A DNA stretch of 64,000 nt from Octopus vulgaris (GCA_951406725.2 OX597814.1:181846001-181910000); one strand, 5' to 3'; shown: positions 1 to 13,400, counted from the stretch's first letter. Notes: generated from the sequence alone by a model not told the origin. Made by a program: numbers and translations.

Positions 1-1266
1 TTAAAAAATACATACCGAAAAATCTACAAAGAAAAAAAGCATCAATCCAACGCTATGTGATATCAATAATATCCTTAAAAAAGAATTTTCCGATATCTTC
101 AAGTAATTAAGGTTTTAGTCTTTAAAAATATATATATAAAAATAAGTAGTAATACGGATTTAATACTTTTAAATGAAATTTTGAAATTCTTACTTTTTTA
201 ATATTTGGGCCTAAAAAGTTAGGATTTATATATAAGACGTAAAATTTCCATAACTTTTAAGGGCTTTAACAAACATTTTTTTTTACAAGGCTCAGAATAT
301 TTTACACATCAAGGAAGAGTAAGAACCAAATTGCTACCAAAATTTTATTATGAAGACAGTTTTTTTTCATGTAAAAACAAACACTAAAACAAAAAAAAAA
401 ACTACAGTGAATAGAATATGAACAAGATGGCTGTCCACTTTGCTTGTCGTTAACACTTTGCTAGTCCTTATAAAGCCGTATATATATGCATATACACATA
501 GACACACATATACATATATTGTATGTCATCAAAGATGAATATGCACTTGGATAGTTACATATACATACTTTCCCCACACATGATGTATATGTACACATGC
601 CCATATACATACACATGAATATCATTATGTAAAAAAAAAATTACGACTGCGTTAAAAATCAAGGGGGCGAGCATTATATATTTGTATATATATGCATATA
701 CATATGTATACATGCATGTGTGTATGTGTATGCAAATGTGCGTGTGTGCGCTTAAATTCCATAAAGCCATCGATTCTTATTTTCACTCAATAAAGAAAAT
801 TTTAAAGCTTTAATTCACGTGTGTAAAAGGTATATTTATGCAAACCAAATACTTGTATTTAAGAAGTTTTAAATATATAATGAAATATGATATGTGTGTA
901 TGTATGTATGTATCTATGTATATATATTACGTACATCCAAGCGATGCTTACTGTAAAAGATATTAACAATATGAAAATTTAATACTGAAATTATATTATT
1001 CATTATGATATTATAAAAAAACAACCCTCTTCTTTATCTATTAAAATTATTATTTGTAAAAATTTCTTATTTGCTGTCAGAAATACCCCCAAATCTGAAT
1101 TTTGGGACCCCCCATGTTAGTTACAATATAAAACCAATATTGTTTCATATAAAATGAGTATCAGGAGAATGATGCCTCAATATAATCTATGCCTTGTGGA
1201 AGGCTCGAAAAGTCAGTCTACATAGATGGGTGAGTCTACGTCATAACTAGTTCTAAAAAGCTTCGG

Positions 1267-1370
1267 TGCATTGTGGGAAGATTCAATGAAGCGTGAAAGG
1301 CAGCTACATTTTGCTATGATTGGTCAAAATGGTGATATTATTTGCATATCACTATTGTGGGCATGCGCAC
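1267..1370 (+). promoter_or_regulatory. Promoter-like motif cluster (ZNF143/Staf-like, CCAAT, octamer, NRF1-like)
   Basis: TGCATTGTGGGAA 1267-1279 (reverse of TTCCCACAATGCA, Staf-like), GATTGG 1318-1323, ATTTGCAT 1340-1347, GCATGCGCAC 1361-1370; locally CpG-richer; downstream donor CC|GTAAGT at 1527. Confidence 0.5.
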
Positions 1371-1399
1371 GAGTGGAAACCTGTCCCGTAACACTCGGG

Positions 1400-1526
1400 G
1401 GAAGGATCAGGGACCGCTACAAACGCTGGAAACAGTGCTACATTCGAAAATGATAGAGAATTAATTATATTTTTTTTTAACCAAAAGCAAAACAAAACAT
1501 TCAAATCATTCTCCAGATTTCATACC
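1400..1526 (+). other. Putative non-coding first exon (start approximate)
   Basis: Follows the promoter motifs and ends at a consensus donor GTAAGT (1527-1532); no convincing CDS. Confidence 0.3.
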
Positions 1527-2094
1527 GTAAGTATCTCTAAGTATCTAAAGAATACTTATTGGACTTATCGACATTTTTTTCTTATATGCATGGTCGTTTC
1601 GAGGAAGATATAATTAACAAAAGCTAACTACAGAAACTGCGATTATTGGAGCAGCAGCAACAGCAACAATAACAACTGTACGCTTATATACCACATGCAA
1701 TATCTTCACTACCTTCTCCTCTCCTCCACCATATAACCAGCAGTATCGTTACAGTATATCCATTATATCACTCCTCAGTTGTGCATTACTTTTTTTTTTT
1801 TTACACATCCTAGTAGATTTGTACCTGCGCGCGCATGTCTGTAAATGTCTGTTGCAAGTATTGTGTGTATATATATATATGTATATAATATATATGTATA
1901 TATATATATATAGTAGTTAACATACATAGGTCATAATACTAGGATTGAGTAAATTCATGTACAGGATGTAGTTAAGACATAATAACCCAACCAGTTACAT
2001 TTTCATAACATTAATTAGATCAATGTGAAAGTAGTATGTATGGTACTCACTGAATCAACATAATGTACAATATTATATACATATGAAATGCCTA

Positions 2095-2126
<32 letters not shown>

Positions 2127-2760
2127 TACGGTAGAAATATTTTAGATTCCATTTTGTCGCTATCCATACTTCAAGTTCGCGAAAATCGCCTGTATTCTTT
2201 GAAACGAATAAGAAATTAATATTTTAAAAGTAAACGATCCATGTTTACTAGTCATAAGAGGTTGATATGATGTTTGTATTGATACTGTCCCCAGTTCATT
2301 ATGATCACGTGATATGTTGGAGGAGCCAACAATTAAAATAGGAACATGGAGAGGAGGACCTGCCCCTGTTTTGTCTAATTAAATTTTTTTTAATGTTTTA
2401 TTTTTTTTAGAATTTACTAGATCTGAAGCAAAATGAGTAAAAATTTAGTAAAATTATTTTTAGTATACATTTCGTAGTTATTGTGATAAAAAAAAAATCT
2501 AGCGTGTATTTTTTGTTTGTTTAAAAGAACTCGTAAAAGTTTATGTATGAAATGTCAAGATAATTTTTAATTAATGTTTCTAATTTAACTGATTTTACGA
2601 AAATTAACAAACTTAAAATAATCATGTAAGGAACTCACATCAACATTCTCTTTGTTGCTGAATATGTTTCATGTTCACACAAACACATTAGTAGTAAAGC
2701 TACGTCAGTGGTTCGGAGGCCTAAATTTTCGTGTATGGCACATATAAACGACTCCATTAT

Positions 2761-2811
<51 letters not shown>

Positions 2812-3991
2812 TTATAATACTCATTAATTTTCTGTTTGATAGCAATTTTATTTTTTGTTTTTATAAGAATGGTGCTTGCAGTACTTTGTCCTATTAATAG
2901 GAATTCGTCGATTAAAAAATGTACTTTAAAAACATTTAGTAGGTTTACCACTGTCTCTAAAAGTAACTAGTATAAACTACGGTTTTGGTTTGACTGCTCA
3001 ACGTGATACCAACTATAAACTAACTTTTGTCAACTAAATGCACTGAAAGAATATATAAAATCCTATTTCTAAAAATAGCAAGAGTTAATGAAAAAAAAAA
3101 TTCTTATAGTTCAACAGGTTCTTTATTGATATCTGTTGTTATTGCATTTCAGTATGCGTGTTATACTGTACTCTCTTTGTTTTTTACTCCATCTCAAAAC
3201 GATTCCGCGTTATTGAATTACGATTAAAAGTATTCGTGCTCATCATAATATAATAATTTAAAAGTATAATTATTTGAGGTTTAGAAGCCAAAATATCGTT
3301 CTAGTTTATCAGCTGTAAAAAAAAGAAACACCTCCAACCCATAATTAAGAAAAATGTAAAAATGAGTAAATAGATTATTCAGTTTTTTATTGAAAAGAAA
3401 GTGTTTCAGTAAATTGGAAACAAAGTACTTTGCAGACAAATACTTCTTATATATGTTAGAATAGCCTTACTTATATTAATTTAATAGCAAAGTTATTTTG
3501 TCTAAATAAAAGAAATGATTATGTTGTTATATTGTACTCGATAAGACACCGAACTGGGCACGTATTTTCAGTATGCTCTTCCTAAAGCCAACTGTTCGGA
3601 TAAAAGCAGATTGTCAATATGACTCATATATCCATTCTATTTTATATAATAGAAAACTTTTTACCGCGATATTTCGAGAAAGCTTAAGGTAGGCAGTCGC
3701 AAACATTCAGAAATGTACCGACACTATATATTACAATACAAATTAATAATATGCATATTTCTTTGTAAACATTTTCATAGCGCGATGGATGGAAGAATAT
3801 AGTGCCTGACAAAATGCTTTGTGTTGTTTGATTACATTTCTTTACGTTCTTAGTTCAAATCCCGCCTACGTTGACTTCGTTTTTCATCATTTCGAGGTCG
3901 ATGAAATTAGAAGCAAGTACTATAGCTAATATCAGCTATATGCTTGAAGGTTCTGCCCTAGCGCATGTATATGTATGTCTTATGTGTGTGA

Positions 3992-4031
<40 letters not shown>

Positions 4032-5239
4032 GCACCCACACACATTCTCTTTGTTAATGAAACTACTTTATTAATATATGAACGTTAATGTTTGCAGTGC
4101 TGCTCGATAGGTCTAAGTAGAACTTATTAATTTATAATATCAAATCATTTACATCTGTATCTACTTATTAGACTTGTTGTAGTAGTGCCGCTTGTTTTGT
4201 TGTGTTTTACGAAAAATACGTATCACTATAAATTCGATATGTATAATAAGATTTCTCTCACCCTCTACTGATGATTGTGTATGTAACACATGAAACTTTG
4301 AAATCTGAACGTCTGGGACGGATTTGTTTTAATATCTACATAGAGAGTGTATTGTTTCTAGCATAGTTAGATATTGACTTCACATGCATTAATATATTAC
4401 ATTTCAATAAGTCAAGAACTGCCAAGAAGTTAACATTTGTATATCATGTATTGGTTTGCATATGCATATGTGTGTGAGAAAGTGAAATGGTTGAGTGGGG
4501 GTATGCAGCTTTTAAACTAGCAGCACTTGCAAGCATGTGTTTATATTTCTTGGAAGATGTTTGTTTAGGTGTCTGGTCTATTCAGGCATGGAAAAGTTAA
4601 TGGATTTTGTTTATTGTGTTTTTACTAGTTTTTATTCTTCCATGCTATGTATGACTCTATCTTAACAAAATTGTTGCTTATATCATCACCAGTGAATGTC
4701 TAACTGGTCATTTGAACTGCTAGGGATAGCAGACATATCTCCCTTGTCTTATTTTTTTAAAAAAGCCACAAAAGAAAAAAAAGAAGGGACAATTCTAAGG
4801 CTAATTGACAAAATTGCCTTGTTATATGTGTATTTCCCCATGGCTAACATAATAATGATTTCTTACATTTTCAGAATATGGAAATTTATAGGGAGTGTGT
4901 GATAGTCATTTGAATTAACACTGAGAACATGAACTCAACTTATATCTATTTAAAGGCAAATTTGCCCAAGGTTTCAATTCAGAATTTACAAGAATAAAAC
5001 TAAATACTATAAGACATTGATTACTTAAATTGAAAATCAGGGATAATTGCTCAACAATATCATCCACATAACGATATCATCTATATGAAGTTAGTGTTGA
5101 AATGTTTAATGCAATGTGCATCAACAATCATCAGCATAATATCCAATTATTCATGTTTGCATGGGCTGAATTGCCCTTCCCATCACCAACACGCACCTAT
5201 TTCCAAGCAAAGTAATATTTTCCTGTGGTCAGATATATT

Positions 5240-5555
5240 CATCATCATTGTTTAACGTCCGTTTTCCATGCTAGCATGGGTTGGATGGTTTGACCAGGGT
5301 CTGGGAAACCAGGAGGCTGCACCAGGCTCCAGTCTGATCTAGCAGTGTTTCTACAGCTGGATGCCCTTCCTAACGCCAACCACTCCGTGAGTGTAGTAGG
5401 TGCCTTTTACGTGCCACCAGCACAGGTGCTAGGGGAGGCTGGCAGCAGCCATGATCAGTTGGTGCTTTTTACATGCCACCGGCACAGGTATCACAACTAC
5501 AATTTTTATTTTGATGTTGGTGTACTTGACTCAATAGGTCTCCTCAAGCACAGCA
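5240..5555 (-). mobile_element. RTE-clade LINE 3' UTR/tail fragment
   Basis: (CAT)n-GTTTAACGTCCGTTTTCCATGCTAGCATGGGTTGG terminus shared with the RTE copies at 6.6, 15.9, 37.2 and 57.4 kb. Confidence 0.8.
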
Positions 5556-5809
5556 TTCTTGTAGAATATTGAAAATGAATGACACTGCTTGTGTGACTTG
5601 TTATATATGTGTGTGTGTGTGTGTATACACGCATATACATGACTGGCTTCTTTCAGTTTTCGCCTCCCAAATTCTCTCACAAGGTTTCGATCAGCCCAGA
5701 TCCATGCAGTGGACTGAACCCAGAATCTAATTATAAATATGTAGTGCTAAAAAAACAAATTAGCAATAACTAGTATTATTTTAATCATTTCAGTAAATAG
5801 AATGAATGA

Positions 5810-6262
5810 TTCAAGGTATGTTTTGGTCTTGTCAGACTTCTTCAGCAAAGCATAGATCTCAACACATTTTGTTGAAATAAGGATGAAAGAACAACTAATG
5901 TAGATATTGGTCATAAGTATGTGAAAACTTATATTTTCATAATATAAAAATAAATTACTGCATTTAATTATTCTGAAACATCATTCTCATGAAAAATATA
6001 ATGAAAATATAACATTGTCCAGTGACTTACATTTCTGATGATCCACAACCCAGATCTCTCTATAATTTTTTGGACTGAGTTCAGTGCCTACTTTCTAGGA
6101 TATGTATCCTGTTGGAACATACTCTGCCAACATGGAGGCATATTGGGTCAACTTGACATCCGCATTTTATCCAAGCACCCGAAAGACTCAACACTCAGAA
6201 AAATACAGGAGCATGTCCTTATAAATGAAACATCTCCAGTACTGAATAGGAAATATACGTAG
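5810..6262 (+). mobile_element. Degraded Penelope-like element: GIY-YIG C-terminal remnant plus inverted pLTR relic
   Basis: Peptide IRILSKHPKDSTLRKIQEHVLINETSPVLNRK resembles the IL..RKI.E..I..P.LNR end of PLE GIY-YIG domains; minus-strand CTGAAGA..stem..CAAAA relic at ~5812-5850. Confidence 0.5.
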
Positions 6263-6439
6263 AAGGTAGCCATACCCCAATACCCATAAGTTATATATAT
6301 ACACAGGTAAAGTTGTTAGTAGGCTGTTACGTAGACGTATATATATATATATATGGTCTTTCAAAATGTGACCTCGTGTGTACCGTTGGCGATTTTCTTT
6401 TCCTCTGTCATCCCTTCTCTGGATCTTTCCTTCTCCTAT

Positions 6440-6474
6440 GTTTCCGACGAAGAGCTCTGCTCGAAATGTTAAAC
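6440..6474 (+). ncRNA. Minimal hammerhead-ribozyme-like motif (U4C variant) in a pLTR-like repeat
   Basis: gttt CCGACGA a gagc-tct-gctc GAAA tg TT aaac: stem I, core, stem II, GAAA and UH in type-I order. Confidence 0.55.
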
Positions 6475-6580
6475 CCTCCTTCTTTCCTGAGCGTCCAATA
6501 ATACTATATTTGTTCCACGTCCTCGCATTGTTGTGTTTTTTTGTGCTTTCTTGTTTGGATTAACTTTATATAAATATATA

Positions 6581-7465
6581 TCATCATCATCATCATTGTT
6601 TAGCGTCCGTTTTCCATGCTAACATGGGTTGGACGGTTCTACTGGGGTCTGTGAAGCCAGAAGGCTTCATCAGGCCCAGTCAAATCTGGCAGTGTTTCTA
6701 CGGCTGGATGCCCTTCCTAACGCCAACCACTCCGTGAGTGTAGTGGGTGCTTTTTACGTGCCACCCGCACAGGTGCCAGACAGAGCTGGCAAACGGCCAC
6801 GAACGGATGGTACTTTTTATGTGCCACCAGCACGGGGGCCAGGCGAGGCTGGCAGCGGACTCGAACGGATGGTGCTTTTTACGTGCCACCGGCACGAGGC
6901 CAGTCAGGGCGGCGCTGGCAACGGTCGCGAAACGGAAGGTTCTCTTACATGCCACCGGCACTGGTAACACATCTGCAATTTCCATTGATCGATTTCGATT
7001 CTGATCCTCACTTGCCTCAACAGGTCTTCACAAGTAGAGTTTTGTGTCCCAAGAAGGGAAGGTATGCATACGTAGGCTGGCTCCATCCCATGTAGAAGGC
7101 CACGGGTTATGGACTCACTTGTCCTGCCGGGTCTTCTCGCGCACAGCACACTTCCAGAGGTCTCGGTCTCTAGTCATTTCCTCAGTGAGACCTAAAGTTC
7201 GAAGGTCGTGCTTCACCACCTCGTCCCAGGTTTTCCTGGGTCTGCCTCTTCCGCAGGTTCCCTCAACCGCTAGGGTGTGGCACTTTTTCACACAACTATC
7301 TTCATCCATTCTCGCCACATGACCATACCAGCGCAAACGTCTCTCTTGCACACCACAACTGATGCTTCTTAGGTCCAGCTTTTCTCTCAAGGTACTTACA
7401 CTCTGCCGAGTATGAGTACTGACATTACACATCCATCGGAGCATACTGGCTTCATTTCTTGCTAG

Positions 7466-7468
<3 letters not shown>
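6581..7468 (-). mobile_element. RTE-clade LINE, 5'-truncated (RT C-terminus + repeat-containing 3' UTR)
   Basis: ORF 7115-7444 with [29 protein letters not shown], typical of RTE RT C-termini; (GAT)n tail; inserted in (TA)n. Confidence 0.92.
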
Positions 7469-7521
<53 letters not shown>

Positions 7522-7626
7522 TAAATGGATATGTAAGTAAACTGATAGATAAGCAGATAGGTTAAATGGACAGTCAAACGCACACACATATACACATGCA
7601 CATTTAATCAATGATGATGATGATGA

Positions 7627-8381
7627 ATTTAATGTACACAGTAGAAAGATATGAGCTATTGATAGTGTCTTACATTTGAAATGTGGGTCCAGGCAGGTTT
7701 TTATAACATGCTTTGTGTCTCCAAGTAATCCTCATACTCTGAGCACATGGAATAATTCAATGGAGAGGGTGGTGTTCTACAGTTCACCAAAAGAAATTTG
7801 TCCATATGCTTGCATTTGCATAATGTCTTTTGAAATCAGCTTCACCTAATCCAATGTAATTTTTCTTTTTTGGTTAGGTTATCCTGAAGTGTTATGACTT
7901 CTCCCTCATACAACAGAATTAATCATACATGATTGGTTAAGTGGGTTAGCTTCAGGTCTTCGACTGTTATAATTGGGAGTGGGCTCTTGGTATATCGACA
8001 AAAGTAAAGCCATTAAGTTGGCTAGTTGTGTATGGGGTTTGAAGGTGAACCGCACATACAATCAAGTGGAAAATCATAGGGAAATCCATACCATATGTTA
8101 ATAGATCTAAGAAATGCAGATTTTGCATAGCTGAAAGATTGCATACTTTTTTCAGATTTAAGAATTCCATTATACTACTGAGTCTGAAATAACAACTAGC
8201 TTTTTGCCTTTGTATTTTCTTGTGATTTCTCTTGTATCAGAACTCTGTTTTGTAAATTGAATAGACCATGTGCTCAGATTGCTTTTAAGACCCAAGGTGT
8301 GTCATAAAAACCTGCCTAGACCTGTGTCTTCAATGTAAGAAGCTATTAGTAGTGCAGGTTTTTATACTGTGTACATTAAAT
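7627..8381. mobile_element. Non-autonomous DNA element with ~90-bp imperfect TIRs
   Basis: ATTTAATGTACACAGTA...CAGGCAGGTTTTTATAAC on the left matches the reverse complement of ~8288-8381. Confidence 0.7.
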
Positions 8382-8438
8382 GATATTTATCTCACTTGGT
8401 GGAGTTCTTTTTTGGTTGATCTTACCTTAATGGAACAG

Positions 8439-9050
8439 TACAAGGGGGTACCCAAAATAAACCAGAATTTTGCAATTTTATTTTATTTTCAGTTTAAACT
8501 TTAATCACCTTCAAAGTATTTTTCATTTGAAGCAATGCATTGATCCAGACGTGTTTTCTACTGTTGGAAGCAGTGCTGGTACTCTTGCAAAGTGATGCCA
8601 TTTAACACCCCTCTCATTGTTTTTCTTCACCTCTTCCATATCTACAAATTCCATAGCACCAGTTTTCATCACCAGTGATGACTTTCGAGAAAAAGGTCCA
8701 GATCAACTTCCAACTCTTCTTTCAGTCGTGACTGCTTTTGATCTTCCGTGAGCAACCGAGGCACAAATTTTGCAACCCTTTTCATTCACAATTCCTTGCT
8801 CAAAATTTGTTGCAGGAGCTCCAGGACACACCAGTCATATCAACAATTTCATCAATTGTTTAGTGACGGTCCTCCAAGATCAGTTCATGAATTTTTATGA
8901 TGTCTTCGTTCAGGAGGTTGACGGTCACCCTGAACAGGGTTTGTCCTCAAGTGACTGTTCCTAAAGTGTGAAAACCACTCATAACCCTGTTTTGCTCATG
9001 GCAGTGTCCTTGTAAGCTGTTTGAAGCATGACAACTGTTTCAACCACCAT
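8439..9050 (-). mobile_element. Internally deleted mariner copy (same family as 42.7-43.9 kb)
   Basis: Terminus TACAAGGGGGTACCCAAAATAAACCAGAATTTTGCAAT is the reverse complement of ~43895-43932; internal segments match the decayed transposase. Confidence 0.75.
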
Positions 9051-9472
9051 TTCCCCCATATTTTCCCATGCTTAATGGAAGATTGGAAATGAAGGGCACC
9101 ACTTCTGATGCTCACTTACTATCACATGATGGTCAAGACAAGGAGACACAAACAGATGCACACACATACGTACATAATATAATAGGTTCTTTTCATTTTG
9201 TGTCTACCAAATCCACTCAATGGTTTGTTGACCTGAAGCTATAGTGAAAGATACTGTGTGGCACAGTGGGACTGAACCCCAGTGTGGAAAATGGATGTGA
9301 AATGATGACGATGTTGATGACCACATGCACTACGTTAGGAAAACAAATATACCATACAATATAACTTGGTCCATGATTGATCGGGTCCTCCATACCAGGG
9401 CCAAAATGCTGTGTTGGTTATGTTTGAAAGAAGCAATGCAAATATTATCACGTAACCCTACACAATTATTAA

Positions 9473-9678
9473 CTCTTTAATCAGATTATTCTGTCAAATA
9501 TAATGCTTATTTATTCACATTGTATTGATTTAATCTGCATAATCTCATAGCTTTGAGATTTTCAGGATTTGATTATTTATTTTTAGAATGACATTATGGG
9601 GTATGTGTGAGAAACCAGATCTGGCTGGTTTGAACATAAAACAGATAGAATATTTTGGCCAGTTTGAATATTAAAGGG
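9473..9678. mobile_element. piggyBac-type MITE
   Basis: TTAA|CTCTTT...AAAGGG|TTAA termini; second copy at 59561-59770. Confidence 0.7.
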
Positions 9679-9934
9679 TTAAACAAACAAACATGAAGCA
9701 TTCTTTGCTTGTGTTTATAAATTACGTTCTTTTGATTTCACCACATCTAAATGCAGTAAGACGAGTCCTATAATCCCTTAAACATTAATTTCACTTAAAC
9801 ATAGTTGAGATATGGTATAAGCTTATTTAATTAAATTAATTTATTTACCTTATTTTACTCTTCTGTCTAACCTGTCATGCAACATTGAATTCCTGCAGCG
9901 CCTGCTTATATTTTCACTCTTCACCTAGCTCCTT

Positions 9935-10450
9935 CATCATCATCTTCCACGTGTTGGATGGTTTGATAGGAGCTTCCTTGCTAGCTTCTATCAAACCTCC
10001 TCTCTCCTTTGGTATGTTTTTTTATGGCTGGATGCACTTCCTAATGCCAACCACTTTACAGAGTGAACTGAGTGCTTTTACGTGGCATGGGCGAGGTCTG
10101 TTTTGACATAGTTTTTATGGCTGGATGCCCTTCTTAATGCCGACCACTTTACAGAGAGGACTGGGTAGTTTGCCCTTCCAAATACCAACCACTCTCCAGA
10201 GTGGCCTGGATGCTTTTTATGTGGCATCTGCAGTGGCAAAGTAACTAAGTAACTTGCAAGACAAAAATCTTTTGAGAGGGGGTGGCTTTGTGCCATGTGA
10301 TGAGATGTTAGAGTATGACAGGGACAGAAACAGGTGTCTTACTGTAGAGGAGATACATAGTTTTACTAGTCGGAGAGAGAGTGAGTGAGTGGGTGAATAA
10401 GAGAGCAAGGAATGTGATGGCAATATGCCTGGGCATACTCTCAAAGTACA
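9935..10450 (-). mobile_element. Non-autonomous RTE-tail-bearing repeat
   Basis: Repeated GGCTGGATGCCCTTCCTAATGCCAACCAC motif of the RTE 3' UTR; opposite-orientation homologue at ~62090-62530. Confidence 0.55.
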
Positions 10451-10901
10451 GGGATGTGAATATAAATGGCACTGGAAAGGACTACCCAGGCTGTGTGAGA
10501 AGGGAGTTTACATGAATGCTGAAGAAGGTGGGAGAGGGGATGCAATGACTAGTGAAGCTGGGTATATATATATAGTGGAGGAATGACAGGAATGGGGAGG
10601 GAGGGATAAGCATAGTGCATGAAGAGATGTAGTTCGATTTATTGGAGTAGGGTGTATGAAAACTTTAATGTTAAATGGGGGTGGAACACTCTGCCCTTCC
10701 AGAACTTGGTTTCACTGAAATGGACAGGTTCTCTCATGAACCTGATATTGCTAAACATCTCAGTCCATTGTCAAATTAATATAATTACTTTAATCTGTTA
10801 TACTTTACTTTATTTGAATCTAGTGATAACTTAATATTTTATTCACTACAGATGAACTTACAGTCACTATACTATTTTTATAGGTGACACTATTATATAT
10901 T

Positions 10902-11127
10902 TCTTTACTACCCACAAGGGGCTAAACACAGAGGGGATAAACAAGGACAGACAAAGGGATTTAGTCGATTACATCGACTCCAGTGCGTAACTGGTACTTA
11001 ATTTATCGACCCCGAAAGGATGAAAGGCAAAGTCAACCTTGGCGGAATTTGAACTCAGAACGTAACAACAGACGAAATACGGCTAAGCATTTCGCCCGGC
11101 GTGCTAACGTTTCTGCCAGCTCGCCGA
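10902..11127 (-). mobile_element. SINE, family B (GGCGAGCTGGCAGAAACG head)
   Basis: Near-identical to 37380-37607 (+); Pol III B-box-like GAGTTCAAATTCC; central GCCTTTCATCCTTTCGGGGTCGATAAATTAAGTACCAG domain. Confidence 0.85.
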
Positions 11128-11479
11128 CTATTATAACCCTCTAAAGTTAACTTCTGATCTCTTTACTCCTTTACCTCTTCTAATACTTAGTATTAGTCTC
11201 CCTCCTAATACTTAGTATAATTCCTTCACTACATACCAAGCTGGAATTACTGTGTGACACTGCTATTGTCTGAATACTTTATCTTGCTTGTAACCCTCAA
11301 ATGCTTCCTCACCCCTTTGGCTATCTGATAATTCTAACCTTCATTGGACATTGCTACTACAGTTAGGTTCTTGCCGGTTACATATGCTCTTTTTCTTGCC
11401 ATACTAATGAACATCTACTATCCTATTTATCTCACTATCCTCCATTCCCTCATGTGTGTGTGTGTGTATATATACTCTT

Positions 11480-11870
11480 TTACTCCCTCTTTTACTTGTT
11501 TTAGTCATTTGACTACGGCCATGCTGGAGCACCACCTTTAGTCAAGCAAATCGACCCCAGGACTTATTCTTTGTAAGTCTAGTACTTTATTGGTCTCTTT
11601 TGCCAAACTGCTAAGTTACGGGGAGTAAGCACCAGCATCGGTTCTCAAGTGATGTTGAGGGGACAAACACAGACACACAAGCATATATACACATATACAT
11701 ATATATGTACATATATACGATGGGCTTCTTTCAGTTTCTGTCTACCAAATGCACTCACAAGTTTTTGGTTGGCCCGAGGCTATAGTAGAAGACACTTGCC
11801 CATGGTGCCAGGCAGTGGGACTGAACCCAGAACCATGTGGTTCATAAGCAAGCTACTTACCGCACAATCC
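11480..11870 (-). mobile_element. tRNA-derived SINE, family A with CR1-like tail
   Basis: Head ...GGTTCAGTCCCACTG, CORE-like GGGCAAGTGTCTTCTACTATAGCCTC, internal microsatellite, tail GGTGCTCCAGCATGGCC; other copies at 55.4, 56.2, 62.5 kb. Confidence 0.88.
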
Positions 11871-12624
11871 CTCTAACTCTTAAGTTAAATATGGCTTCAC
11901 TATACCAATTAGTCTCAATCTACTCTCATGCATTCATGGCTATCTTTTATACTGTCCTGTATTCCTCATAGGCCTTCTACTTGTAGTCTACTTCACTCTC
12001 TTTGTCATGATAATGAGCCTTTATTACTAATATCCTTTATTAAAGATAATCCTTAATTCTTCAATGATGGAAAAGGTGACTACAGATATCCTTTATGAAG
12101 GATATTCCTTAATTCTTCCTCTCTGAAGATGGAATAGTTGGCTTTTATAATGAAATATTTGCTCAATGAGATATGCACAGTTGTTTTAGAAACAGCTGTA
12201 AGAGACTTCATGCTCAACTTCTTAATCCCTTATTTACTCTAATGACTGCAATTATGTTTGAAATATAAATTACATGTTCTAAAGTGATAGCACATACTTT
12301 GCTTGTTCATTCTTTCTTTTTAATAAATATCTACCTATTCAATGATGAACCACTTATCACTATTCATTGCTAGGCAGCTACAACACCACTCTTGTTTTAG
12401 TTACAGTTCAAGCTGGAGTTTTAGTGGTAAACCAACCGTGCAAGTTATGGATGATCCTTTTATGACTTCATTGCTTTCAGGCTTAGCTTAAGGTATTTTT
12501 GTGCTCGACATCACAAAATGCATCTGAATAAACGTAGTCAGACAGCAAATAGAGACTCGGACATTGCTTAGAAAATAATTTTCATTTTTAACCTTGTATA
12601 TAGTATGCACTAGGGATTTTGACC

Positions 12625-12672
12625 TTTAAATTTTGGGGAAAAAATGCGGATTATACTCGAGGATTTACGGTA
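12625..12672. mobile_element. Isolated Tc1/pogo-like TIR end
   Basis: GCGGATTATACTCGAGGATTTACGG|TA resembles CCGTA-type TIRs with TA target site; partner end not found. Confidence 0.4.
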
Positions 12673-13400
12673 CACTCAATTATCATTGTTAAATGTCCAC
12701 TTTTCCATGCTTGCATAGGGCAGATAAAATTCATTTCATATCCACACACACACATATATATATACACGTACATACTAACCTAAGATTGGTTTGACTGGGA
12801 CTTCTGCCATGAGTAAATGTTATTCTCAAACTTTCTTTAAAATAACTATATTAGCATTTGTGTGTGTGTTATTATATATATAAACAAAAATGAGCTAAGA
12901 GAGATAACTCCGATTGGCCAATGGCCAGTATTTCAACAACATAAGTATATCAAAGACCATACAATTTAAATGCTTGATTTATTAAAATTCTCTCCATCTC
13001 TAGATGATGTGCCATAAGGACCAAATGGCAATTAAGACCAGGTCCATATGACAAGAGATGATATCAAGATTCAAGAATTCTCCTAAGTATATCAGTAGCA
13101 GGCAAAAACATTTAGCAGCAGAATTGTTAAATCCAGATTATGCTTCTTTGAGCATTACCAGTGGCAAGTATCCACTAGTAACTACATGTCAAGACAAATT
13201 TGGCCTCTACTGACAGAGAAAAACAGTAATTTACAAATCACTGGTATTGCAATTAGCTAGGTGCTTGAAACTGGTCTACTACTGATATATTTTTGTACTT
13301 ATTAGCACGATATGTCTTTGGGATGCTTTTTTTTTAGACAGATATCAGTTTTCTGGTTTTCTGCAGTATATCCACATTAAGTAGGTTTATATATATATAC

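Noticed and set aside
6725-6965. CRISPR-like repeat-spacer pattern
   Set aside because: Repeats are degenerate, spacers resemble each other, the array lies in an RTE 3' UTR, and the context is eukaryotic with no cas genes.
6629-7322. Plus-strand ORFs repeated at 15.9-16.7 kb
   Set aside because: Antisense or UTR frames of the RTE element; their recurrence reflects repeat copies.
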